A stretch of 44,552 nucleotides of DNA. Source: Spirogloea muscicola. Its lineage: Eukaryota. Positions 11,701 through 22,670 of this stretch are shown here, one piece after another. Both the position numbers and the translations under genes were made by a program. The DNA is taken from positions 437,206 through 481,757 of the forward strand of contig WELB01000005.1 in assembly GCA_009602725.1 (NCBI GenBank), given 5' to 3'. Under the pieces are notes generated by a model. The model was given only the letters and a program-made list of their open reading frames with translations, was not told the DNA's origin and searched no databases. The stretch's first letter is position 1, and each line of letters opens with the position of its first letter.

Positions 11701-13481
11701 CTTTCGGATATTCTTCCATGATCGACATGGGGATTTCTACTGGTAAGTGAAGCTCCAATTTCAGCTCCCAGGTTTCAACCTATGTATTGCTCTTGACTTT
11801 CCAACTTAGAGCAGTTGTGGCCCGGTCTTAGTGCCATAATACTACATGAGCTAGCCATCAGTTCACAAGGTTGCAGTCATGTAGGCCTGCGTCAATGTCT
11901 GCTTCACCTTACAGAAGATAGCTGCTTGAGCTTGCAGACAGAACATGCTCATATTGCATATCCACATTCCAATGTAGGCACTCAGATATTTCTTGTTGTG
12001 ATTGTGGACTTGATAGCTGGTTGAACACGAGCTTGTGTGCATCCCGTCAGATGCTCCCGACCAGCGAGCTGGACGGGTTTGATAAGGTAAATTATTTAAA
12101 TTTCTAAATATATCTGTTCATCTCGGGGCTTCGGCAGCTTGATTGGAATGTAGTTCAATGAAGCTGGTCTGGCTCAAGCTCTGGCGCAACCCTGCAAGAA
12201 ATCTACTGTATTGGTTCTCTGAGAGTAGAGTTTGTCCAAAGCATACACTTGTATGTACAACTACACAGCCATGAGCTTAGACAGTGCTGTTTCACAGAGG
12301 AAGCTGCCGTCGCCCGGCTTCCAGGTGGAGGTGGTGCTGCTGGACAGCAGCGCTGCTTCCACCCCGGCAGCCCCTGCCCTACAACCAATGCCAGCTCAGT
12401 CTGCCTCCGTGAAAGCGGCAGCTAGATCTGCGGCGCCATCAGGTGGCGTTGCGCCTGCTGGCATGGCTGGCTTCTTTGCATGGACGAACCGGGCAAATGT
12501 CACGTCGAAAGATGGAACACAGCCGCTGGACCAGCAGAACTCGTCTAGAGAAGCGCATGGACTAGGTCCAGGTCCAGCGGCTGGAATGGGCGACGTTGAG
12601 AAGCCTGTGTTGCAGCAGGAAGCAAGGAGGCGAGAAGAGGCGGAGGACAACATCTTCTCAGACAGCGAGGACGAGGAGGCGGGGGCTGCCACGGCAGAGG
12701 CAGCAGAGCAGGCTGATGACAGGGAGCCAAAGGCCGAGGTGGCAGCAGCAGCTTCCGAGGAGGCCATGGGGCTAACGGCGTCCACTTCGTCGTCAGCAGC
12801 CGGCACGCAGCCCGCGCCACCAGTAGCAGCTGGAAAATTCGGAACGTCGTTTGCCAGCGCGTTCAGCCAGGTGGGCAGCCTCGGTGGCGGCCTGACGAAG
12901 GCCATGGATTCGCTGCGGCTTGGGATGGGCCAGACAGTGACAGGCAAGGGTTCGTCAAGGCCGACCAGCCCCGCTCCGCCGGCAGCCGCCAAGCTTGAGA
13001 ACCTAGCCGCTCCCTCAGGATCTGCCTCACAGGTGTGACTTCTTGCATTCTCTGTGCTCTCGCTCAATGGCCCGGTATATGCAGTATACAGTCTGAAGCG
13101 ACGCAAGTGGAGTTCTGCTTCACACTTCAGTTTCTCAGAATTCTTTTGTTCCTTAACATGTTGCTGAAGGTTGCTGCAAGCGAGGAGGCGTCTACTGCTG
13201 GGCAAGCTGCGGTGCCAAGTGCAGAGGAACCAAGCAGTAAGCAAATGTCGTCCTCTCAGCAATCCACGATTGCGGAGACAAGCGAAGTTACCGCGTCCGG
13301 CGCGCCTGCCGTCAGTACATATCAGCAGGTCAAGGCAGCCAGCCCTACAGTGCCAGAGCCGTCTCCAAGCAATGCCAAGTCATTGCAGAGCGACTTCAAA
13401 GCCCTGGCGGCTGCAAGCTCAGCAGACGCATCTGTCTTCACATTTGGGGACGAGGACGAGTCTGACAGCGAGGAAGAATAG
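8759..13481 (+). CDS. PTEN2: Plant PTEN2-type phosphoinositide/protein phosphatase, 13 exons
   Basis: Exons 8759-9026, 9241-9342, 9501-9557, 9767-9832, 10107-10283, 10519-10605, 10832-10896, 11048-11124, 11449-11495, 11612-11742, 12017-12086, 12298-13032 and 13170-13481, all GT-AG with consistent phases. Motifs: VSQNKRRFQEGGFDLDLSYIT, FPFDDHNCP, catalytic HCKAGMART, C2 domain, acidic tail DFKALAAASSADASVFTFGDEDE. Exon 1 changes frame at the 'n' at 8857. Confidence 0.95.
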
Positions 13482-14599
13482 CAAGCACCTACCAGGCATA
13501 GCTGTATGAGGGCTCTGATGCTGAGGTCTAAACGATCAGAAGGCTGTGCACAGCAAGTCTAGGCGGTCCTGCTGCTGACAAGGTAGCTGTTACGCTGGCC
13601 TCAAATCAAGGGTTGTTGCAGTTTGCAACAAAGTTGGCCTCTGCTGAGAAGGGGTCAGCGTCGCTGTGATAAGCACCGCAAGCGCCGGGAAAAGCTCCAG
13701 CTGCAGTTGATAATTACTTGCACCAGCGGGCAGTGAGGTGTCAGGCCACCAAAAGCGCCCGAGGAGGCCCCTCTCAGCTGTTGGTCGATCGGGCTATCAC
13801 AGGGTTCTGGCGGGAGCCTTCGCCCACCGGCTACTTGGCTGCCTGTAAATTCCTCTGAGTGTTAGCAGCCATTATAAGCGTTATCACATGTCAGCAGATT
13901 GATCGAGATGCACAGCTGACAGTTGGCAGTTGACAGCAGGCAGCAGGGCCAGCCAGGATAGAATGAGCTGACTTATCAGCGTCCAGTGGCAATCTTCTGA
14001 ATTGCTGACTCGATCTTGACAAGAGGAACCCTCAGTGACCATGCATAGGGTAGCTGAAAGGCTTCTTGCTCTGGCTGCTCGTCTTTTACGTTCAGCAACC
14101 TGTACCTGCTGTTCACGTTCTGCAGTCTGTACTTGTCTTTCACGTCCTACTGCCACCACTTCCCGTCATGATGTGGGAGGACCAGCAGACCGTCCTCGTC
14201 TTGGCGCACATGCAGACACAGACGCAGACGCAGATCCACTCATGATCACACAGAGCTCCGAGTAGCACAAAGACTTGCCTGGTTACACACACAGCCGGCG
14301 AGCACTCAGCTCCACCTGGCCGCAAACAGAGCTGGCAAGCACACCGTGCCGCCTCGCCGCACACTGAGCCGCCGCGCACACAGCGCCGCCTAGCCGCACA
14401 CACATCTGGCGAGACCGTTTGGGGCCAATTAAAAAATATGCCAGGGCCTACCTTATCTAGGGAGACTCTCATTGGCCCAGCAGGACGAGCGGAATGGTTA
14501 ATTATTCCAGCCCACTGATTCACCATATTTCCATATTCAACAGTAGCCGGACGAGCCAGCCTTGGGAGATCGACCAGGCGCAGTAGCGAGCCGGTTGGC

Positions 14600-14940
14600 G
14601 ATGGGGGGCTGGCAGTAAGTGGTCCCTGTCACGGGAGCTCGGCTTGCGGCACATGAGGCTGCTGATGCAACTCCATCTGCAAAGTGCGCTACAGCCCCTG
14701 GCGACGCAGCAGCGACTGCCAGGGCTGGCGGACTCCACGATAGTGCGTTGGAGGCGGCAACCGCCATGTCCACGAGCTCAAAGTCAGGGAGCAAGAAGTT
14801 GTTATACAGGTGGGGCTAGTCATGGAGCTGCGCGGCACCGCCTCAAGGTGGGTCAAATATCAGCAGCCACCCTTGTGGCGCCCTTGTACATGTGCACCTT
14901 GGCATGCGCAGCGCCAATGTCGCGCCTCCTTGACAAGCCC
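14600..14940 (-). pseudogene. Decayed tandem duplicate of the OB-fold gene's last exon
   Basis: GLVKE..TLALR-AKVHMYKGATRVAADI*…YNNFLLPDFELVDM parallels AKEGATLALRNAKVDTYKGAMRLAVD…DNNLSLLEYELVYV at 15900-16096, with frameshifts and a stop. Confidence 0.75.
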
Positions 14941-15728
14941 ATTATAGCGGCGAATGGGCAGCCTCACTCCCCGTGGTAGCTCAAAGGTATAACCAGCCAG
15001 CGCCAGCGCAGCCATCAAATGGAAGAAAACATGCTGGCGATCTAAGGGGCGGCTAAGAAGGCCAGGTTTCTGTAAATGCAAAAGTGGAGCCGCAAACTGG
15101 GCAGCTCACGGCCCACTCCTTATCTCCAGTGTCAGGATGTCAGTCCGACGAGTTCCTAAGACTAGCACTTGATTCTACTTTGTGCGGCCATGAATGCATG
15201 TACTTCAAATTTTTAGTCTTGAGTGATAGTAAGGTTATGCAAGCAAAAAATATGTCCCACAAGTTGCAATCCTCGTGCCGTCAAGGCAGCTGTGGTGCCA
15301 AGCTCAAGCCAGGGGTAGCTGGAGGAAAGTGAGTAGGCCTCTGCTACTAAATGGTGCTGCGACATCAGTGGTGTCAATGCGGCAAGCTAGCAAGAGCTCC
15401 ACACTGCAGCAGCTGGCAGTTGGGATGCGACCAGCCGGCAGTAGAGCCAGGCTGCTGAAAGTTCCTGGACTCTAGACCTCGTGGCTTGTGACTGCCTGAA
15501 CTGCCGAAGGGATGCAGTCCCTTTGCAGCTCACCAGATACCGATACATGTCAAGCATTGCCATGTCCGGTGGAGAGAGACGGAGGCGCGCCAACAAGCGC
15601 AACGAGACGAGCCAGTGAGGAGGCAGTCGAGCGGTGGCGAGCCAGCCTCAAATGCTGGAGCGGCGAGCCGCAAGGCGTCGCCGGGACGGCAGTGCCCATC
15701 ATCGAGCGTGGCAGAGTGCGCTGCTCCC

Positions 15729-16406
15729 CTATAACAGCACTTCGGCTTCCAGCAAAGGTGGCTGTTGCTCCACCTCAGCCTGCGGCTCCGCAGCCGCTGC
15801 CGGCAGCCCAACAGCGGCAGGAACTGCCGACGGCGGCGGCGGGGCCTGCATTGCTGCTGGCGGCGCGCCGGAGCTGGCGACAGCGGCGGCGGGCCGGACG
15901 CCGTCGACGACGTACACGAGCTCGTACTCGAGGAGCGAGAGGTTGTTGTCCAGCCGGGGCTCGCCGGCGAGCTGCGCCGGCGGCGCAGCCTCCACGCGGC
16001 CCCACCGGTTGTCCACCGCCAGCCGCATCGCGCCCTTGTACGTGTCCACCTTGGCGTTGCGCAGCGCCAGCGTCGCGCCCTCCTTGGCCATGTCCACTGC
16101 CGCCAAGCGGATGCCGGGAAAGGGTTTCTAGCTGCAACTATACATGGCTTTCACGTTATCATGGGCACGATGTTCCTAAGCAACTGAGGCTTCTGAGCTA
16201 CTGCTTTTCATGGCTTTCACGTTACCATAGGAACAATTCCCCCTACGCCTATGAGGCCGCGGTCGGGTCCCCAGGCCCTGAAGCTCACCCTGGTCGTTGC
16301 GCGCCGTGAAGACGACGGCGCCCGTGGCGTCGCCCACGACGCACTCGGCGATCCGCATCGGGCGCTGCGCCCCCGCCGGGCCGTCGGGCCGCGCCGCCGC
16401 CGCCAA
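15729..16406 (-). CDS. Small OB-fold nucleic-acid-binding protein (At4g28440-like family); 5' end missing in gap
   Basis: Exons 16289-16406 (partial) and 15729-16096: RIAECVVGDATGAVVFTARNDQ|VDMAKEGATLALRNAKVDTYKGAMRLAVDNRWGRVE…DNNLSLLEYELV, with an Ala/Pro-rich tail. Confidence 0.88.
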
Positions 16407-16951
<545 letters not shown>

Positions 16952-16985
16952 TCTGACGGCGCCGCCGCCGCCGCCGCCTCCGCAG

Positions 16986-17624
16986 CGCTTCGCAGCCGGA
17001 TGAAGGCGGCGGCGGTGGAGCGGTGCCGCGCGCCGCTGGCGGCGTTCGCGGACTGCGCCCGGGGCCGCGTGCTGTCGGTGGTGTGGGCCTGCCGCCAGCA
17101 GGCTCGCGACATGAACGCGTGCCTCAAGGAGCAGTGAGAAGGCCAATCCACAACTCGCCGTCACTCTGAGACGGCCCCTCACAGCTCGCCGTGGCTGCCG
17201 CAAGACTAGTGCGGTAGTGCTGGCTGCCTCACAGGGGAGGCCCGTCCCTCATCCCGGTGGCAGCATCGGCAGTCTGGGGCCGGCGCTGAGCTTGCGGTGA
17301 CTTACGCATCGGGCTTCGGATCGGCGTGCCATTGGCCTCCGTTCTGCGGCGCCAGCCTTGGCAGTTGCAGTTGCCATGGCTGCCTGCGCCCGCCCAGCGG
17401 CACACTGCCGTTTGCATGGGCTATTTGTGGGCGGCTTTCAGATTTGCCTACTGGCAGCGTACCCACAATTGCAGGTTGACAGCCGCCCTCCTCTCATCCG
17501 CCCCATGTGCAGCACCACGGACGACATCCTTGAGGACCTCAAGTGCAAATATTGGGAGGAGCAGCAGGGCAAGGACGGCCGAGTGCCTCTGCCACCCCGA
17601 CCGGCAGTGGATGCTGCTGCTTGA
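16986..17624 (+). CDS. CMC1: Cmc1-like twin CX9C mitochondrial COX assembly protein; first exon lost in gap
   Basis: Exons 16986-17133 and 17513-17624: LRSRMKAAAVERCRAPLAAFADCARGRVLSVVWACRQQARDMNACLKEH|TTDDILEDLKCKYWEE…*. Two CX9C motifs flank GRxLSVVW. Confidence 0.9.
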
Positions 17625-19295
17625 TGTTTGCTGGGCGTAGCGGCGCCGCTGTGCCGCTGCCACAGCTGATCGGTGGGCCACCTCCAGCAACTTTGCACGA
17701 GGCCTCTTGCCCATCATTGACAACCCTTGAGCTGGTTCGTGACGTCACCATCCACCCACTTTTCAACCTGCTGCTCTGAGAAGCATCGTCGCTCATAACA
17801 GCATGAATTACTGAGCAGGGCCATGCCTTTGTCCGAAGCAGAATTGAGGGCTGAGCTTCTGCTCAATCTACGTTGCCCGAGCCATGTTCTGACCTAATGT
17901 ACCTTGGCTGCATTGCTCTAGAGATTGCAAAGAGAGATATCGGCCTTCTTGCTGAAGACTAGGATGCTATTTGTAAGAGGAAGCCATCCGCTATTGAACC
18001 TTTGAAGTGCTCAAGCCATTAAGTGGAATCGAAGGATGCTTCATCTCAAGCTCATATGTGGACATATCTTTCCTCAAGCTCCAGAGGAGGTCATGTCAAG
18101 ACACAACACTGGTCCTCAAGAGAGCGCAGTGGTCATTCTAAGCCCTCTCTAGTAGGATCCTAAGCCGTTTTCACCTCATGGTGCCGGGTATACGAGGGCT
18201 TCGACGCTGGAGTTCGAGTCTTTCATGTATGTTTTGGGAGTGCACCAGGGATCCGCTAGGAGCTGCCAATTGTCACCGCATGTATGAGTTGGCATGTCGT
18301 CCTGATTGGGTTTGTTCCTTGCAGCAACTACGAATTCAGTCCTACTCATCCTAGTGCGTTGTTGTCGTTGCATACGAATGTCAACATGGAAATATTATGC
18401 AAACATTTTACCCTAACCCCAATGGATGTGCTGTTGCGCTTCTGTTGCCAGCTGCACCACGACAGTGGTGCACCTCCCAGCAGGAACAGAGTGCTGGCAT
18501 TGACCTTGTCTTGACAGCAAAACCCCCGCAACCTGCAACACCTGCTTTCAAGATTTCTTCGACACCTCCTACATCTTCAGCAGCAGATTACTCTGCTCAA
18601 TCTAGGCCCTTTGACTAGAATGGTCTGGTTTGCATGATTCTGCAACAGCTTCTTTTGGTCCATCTTCTCTTGGTGCAGTTGCACCAGCCCAGATGTTAGG
18701 TGCTGCACTTGCGCTGGAAGGGACAATTAGATTAATACCTGCACTGTGAATCCTCTTCCGCCCAGATTGGCCATCTGGTGAATGCAGTTGCCAACGCGAG
18801 TCTAGAATTGATATCGTACTTGGCAGCATCTCCCCTTTTTGGCACCCCGCTGGGTCGCCTTGTCAGTCTACAAGGCTGTATCTAGCCAGGCACTTGCTTG
18901 TGCTGTTCGACTGAGATTGATGACCCACGGCCATCACGACACACTTAATTGCACTCGGGGCTTCTCTGGTAAGGCAACAAAACAGCCCTCTGGCCTGACG
19001 CTTGCCTGCTCTCCAGCAGGCCGTTCACCTCAAATGGCTAAGCAAGGTATGGTGCTTTGGGCCATTTCTCTTAGCCGATTACTTCGAGCCAAAGGGTCTC
19101 CCACCATCGGCAGCCTCCACAAAGGTTTCACTGTCTCCAGCGCCAGCCCCACATTGCCACAACTCTGGGTAAAGCCAGTTTCCATATCAAGAAAGCGGAC
19201 AACTGCCCTTTTGCCCGCCCCGTATGGTGGCTAGCCTCTTTAGCAGCATCCGTCAAGCCGCCTTCCTCACGCCATTGCCTTTCCAGTCATGAGAT

Positions 19296-19340
19296 GGCTG
19301 GCTTTTACAGCCCTCGCCCCCTTTGAGAGAGCCACTTTCC
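19296..19340 (+). mobile_element. Isolated retrotransposon terminal motif
   Basis: GGCTGGCTTTTACAGCCCTCGCCCCCTTTGAGAGAGCCACTTT. Confidence 0.65.
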
Positions 19341-19769
19341 CTCAATCATGAGATATCTGCACAGCAAGCTTGGCGGAGTGCTGTCTAGCATGCTCGGACC
19401 ACAAGCAGCAGTCACAATCCCGTTGGGAACGTTGCTCGCTGTCTGAGTGTAAAGCACAGAAAAAGTAGCACTAGAGGGTGAACTATGTGTTTTGATTTTC
19501 GAGGCGCTTACTTGTACCGTAGCGCTGACATGTAGTATCTGTAGCGCAGGCCACTTAAATTTTTCTCCCATGCGCCAAGGCTGTTGGCCTCGTCATGCTT
19601 GTTTGTCAGCAATATGGCCTGCGTCAGCAGAATCTCAGTGACCTGTGTGGCACGACCCATGCCGGCCGACTTGGGCGTTGTTGTCTAGCTTGTCGAGGTC
19701 ATTTGCGTACTTGGTATCTCGGAATCTGTTCGATTGGGTTGACTCTAACGGGTTCAGCTGATAGGCTTT

Positions 19770-19970
19770 GCCAGCCTTGCGTGGTGGCGGCGCGAGGCCT
19801 TGCTTGGCAGCGGAGGCAAGACAGAAGGAGGCGTCGGAGGCGAGCCAGAAGGAGGCGGCGGAGCCGAGCCCGAAGGAGGCGGCGGAGTCGGGGGGGTTAG
19901 CGGCGGGGGTGCTTGGGAAGAAGGTGGTGGGCCAAAGAGCGGCTCAGAGCAGAATGTTGGCAGAGTACTG
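19770..19970 (-). pseudogene. Partial degenerate duplicate of the proline-rich region of the adjacent gene
   Basis: LPTFCSEPLFGPPPSSQAPPPLTPPTPPPPSGSAPPPPS…LPSKAS parallels LPAFCFEPPASLPPPPFQAPPLTPP…LPSKAS at 20455-20675. Confidence 0.7.
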
Positions 19971-20085
19971 ATTATGTCACGACCACCTGCAGCTAGACTT
20001 GCTTGCCATGAAACAGATGTTGCAGTTCATAGCATTGCTGACTGTGTCAGTGAGCGTCGAGCTGTTGAGAACTCGACACAACCAA

Positions 20086-21649
20086 CTAACCAGTACAACG
20101 AATAGTCAGATCGCGGAGGGCTGAGAATGGAGGTGGTGAGGTTCTGGGCGGTAGTGACTGCGGAGCGGGTGGGAAGCCGTGGGTGGAGGCAGCAATGGCG
20201 GTGGCGAGGCCTTCTGGGGCGGGGGCGGCGAGGCCTTCAACGGTGGTGGTCGTCGTCGTCGTCGTCGTCGTCGTCGAAACGTCGTCGTCATCGTCGTCGT
20301 CGTCGCGAGGCTTACTTGGCGGCAGTGGGGAGGCCTTGTGGGGCGGCGGTGGTAAGGCCTTGGGAGCTGGCGGCGGCGGCGAGGCCTTGACGGGCGGCGG
20401 CGGCGAGACTTTGCGTGGCGGCGGCGGCGAGGCCTTGCGTGGTGGCGGCGGCGAGGCCTTGCTTGGCAGGGAGACAGAAGGAGGGGGCGGAGGCGAGACA
20501 GAAGGGGGCGGCGGAGGCGAGACAGAGGGAGGCGGCGGAGGCGAGACAGAGGGAGGCGGCGGAGGCGGCGGAGGCGAGACAGAAGTAGGCGGCAGAGCGG
20601 GTGGGGTCAGCGGGGGCGCTTGGAAAGGAGGTGGTGGTAGCGAAGCAGGCGGCTCGAAGCAGAATGCCGGCAGCTCCACAGTTTCCCCATTGTAGAAGTA
20701 AGAACGTGGCACACCGCCACAGCTGCTTGTCGCAGTCAAGACTGACATGTCAAGACCACAAGATACCCGTATCTTGTGTGTAGCAGGTTGACTGAGCTGA
20801 CAAGACGCAAAAAGTTGTGGCCTTACTGCTGGGTTCTACATAGGCCCCCGGATAGCCATCACCTCCACCACATGGACCAATATCTTGGCAATTAGGGTCG
20901 TTGGAGGCTACCAGCGTGACAAAGCATGTCATGCTAGTGGTGCTGGCGGGTGGCAAAGTGACGATGTCGTTGTTGAAGCTGAAAGACCCGTCTGCGCCGG
21001 AAAAGGTAGTGTACACAGTGAGATAGGCATTCATGGCCTGTCTTATCAGGCTGGACAGCTGACAGCTTTCATTCTCTCTTTTCTGAAAAATGCATGCTGT
21101 AAGCCGTGGTTGCATGTGCTGCATGTCGCCTGTGATGCAGCTGAGCATCCTCACCTCGCTTGGGACACTGTATGCAATATCACCACTGCAGTAAAGCTGT
21201 TGCTCGGCTCCCTGCACAGGTGTGTCGTGTCTAGGAACACATCCGTGGCAGGTTAGTGCTATTGTGGCCATCTGTTTACCAAGCCTAGTCCTACAAGCAG
21301 ACCTTCACGTTAACTTCCACGCCCCTGGCGGTAGGGTGCCTGCAAGTGCATAAGTGGCCAGCGCCTGCACTTGTCCTTGTCCGCAGGCCAGTCAGCCTCC
21401 GTGCCAAGCGAGTCTGAGGCAGAGAACTGGAGCTGTGACCCAAAGGCAAGCAATCCCAGAATCAATTGACGAAGCTAGTAGCAGTGGATGCTTGGATGCT
21501 TGCCCGCCGAGGTCTGCGACGCCATTTCGGTTATTGTCACAGACGACAATGCCTGAAACAGTGGCCAAGCCGGTGGAGCCGGCGGCCCGCATGGACGTCA
21601 CGGCCAGGACAGCCAAAAACAGCAGGCGTGGGACAGCCGCCCTCTCCAT
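20086..21649 (-). CDS. Secreted chimeric extensin-like protein (signal peptide, beta-sandwich-like Cys domain, Ser-Pro4/5 repeats); apparent frameshift near 20755
   Basis: Proposed exons 21504-21649 (GC donor), 21303-21339, 21155-21211 and 20086-21037. Signal peptide RLLFLAVLAVTS; VSGIVVCDNNRNGVADLG…GVEVNVK…TFSGADGSFSF; repeats SVSPPPPP and KASPPPPR; poly-Asp and poly-Thr runs. Confidence 0.75.
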
Positions 21650-22445
21650 GGCGTCGGCCGGCCTGCGTTCCCAGGCAGCCCAGCAACGCAGGTGCCGAGC
21701 AGCGAGGCGGGGAGAGGGCGGAGCTGGCGTGGAGAACGTGGAGTGCGGGTGTGGCAGACTGCGGCCTCCGTGGCAGCCAGCAACGCGGAGTGCTAAGCCG
21801 GGGGTTGCGCTGCTGGGACTTGTTGGGGCACTCTTCTCGACGGCTTGTTCAACGGCAGTCTACCCGCGGACATTGGTAATGCCAGAGGACCTGTGGGGCT
21901 CGAAAACGAGCTCTTCCAAGTGACGGCAATGGCTGTGAACGGCCAGCCCAAAACGGAAAGAGAGAAGAAAGAGCGAAGGCGCGCGGTGCGCATACATTGA
22001 GAGGGTGGCCAATCTGAGCCAATACAATGTACAGGCAAAAGCTAGTGCAAAAATTGGGGCTTCATGCATCGAAGCACTATGGTAACGTGGATAAGGTGAC
22101 AGCGTGACGTGAATGACCACAAAAAGAAGGCAAGCACAACGCACGAGAGAATGTGGCTGCTGATATTTGAAAATCGGCTGTAAAAAGCCAGCCAGATGCA
22201 CACAGGTGATCATGACGGAGCCACAGGCCAGGCAGAGGGCGCCCTTGGTACCTCCGTGTCAGCAGTAGGACGTCAGATGAGCTGAGGGGAGGAAGAGCAA
22301 CACCGCTGCGCAAGCCAGAGGCTGCTGCAACGGCGCGACCAGCCCGGCGAACAGGGGGTTGGAGGGAGAAGGCGCGCGGTGCGCATGGAATGGAAGGGGG
22401 GCCAATTTTGAGCCGGTTCACTGTTCGGGCAAGAAAGTCGGTCTT

Positions 22446-22670
22446 GGGGGGGAGAAGTGCGCGCCCATAGAGAAGAGGGGCTGGCAAAGCCAGGCCCAAA
22501 AAGTCCAATGTCCAAAGCCAAAGAAAGAGGAGCCGGAAAAAGGACTACACTGCAAAACACTGCAGAACACATCGACGATGCAGAGGGAAGCTCAGTACCC
22601 ACGAGTGAGCAACATCAGGTCTGAGTAGCTCGCTGCAGGGAAAGAGGCACTCCGCCGAGAGTGCCTCTTT
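22446..22670 (-). mobile_element. Short 5'-truncated copy ending in a fold-back hairpin
   Basis: Matches 25534-25746 (SASFPAASYSDLMLLTRGY* plus UTR). At the truncation point, AAAGAGGCACTC-cgccga-GAGTGCCTCTTT forms a 12-bp inverted repeat. Confidence 0.8.

Noticed and set aside
12396..13262. 288-aa minus-strand ORF
   Set aside because: Antisense shadow of PTEN2 exons 12-13.
13884..14243. Minus-strand ORF with a 27-nt repeat (ERQVQTAER/EQQVQVAER)
   Set aside because: The upstream ATG frame is interrupted by a stop, and no homology is recognised.
16125..16260. ~66-bp imperfect intronic duplication (a similar ~53-bp one lies at 36330-36420)
   Set aside because: Ordinary local slippage duplications with no sign of function.
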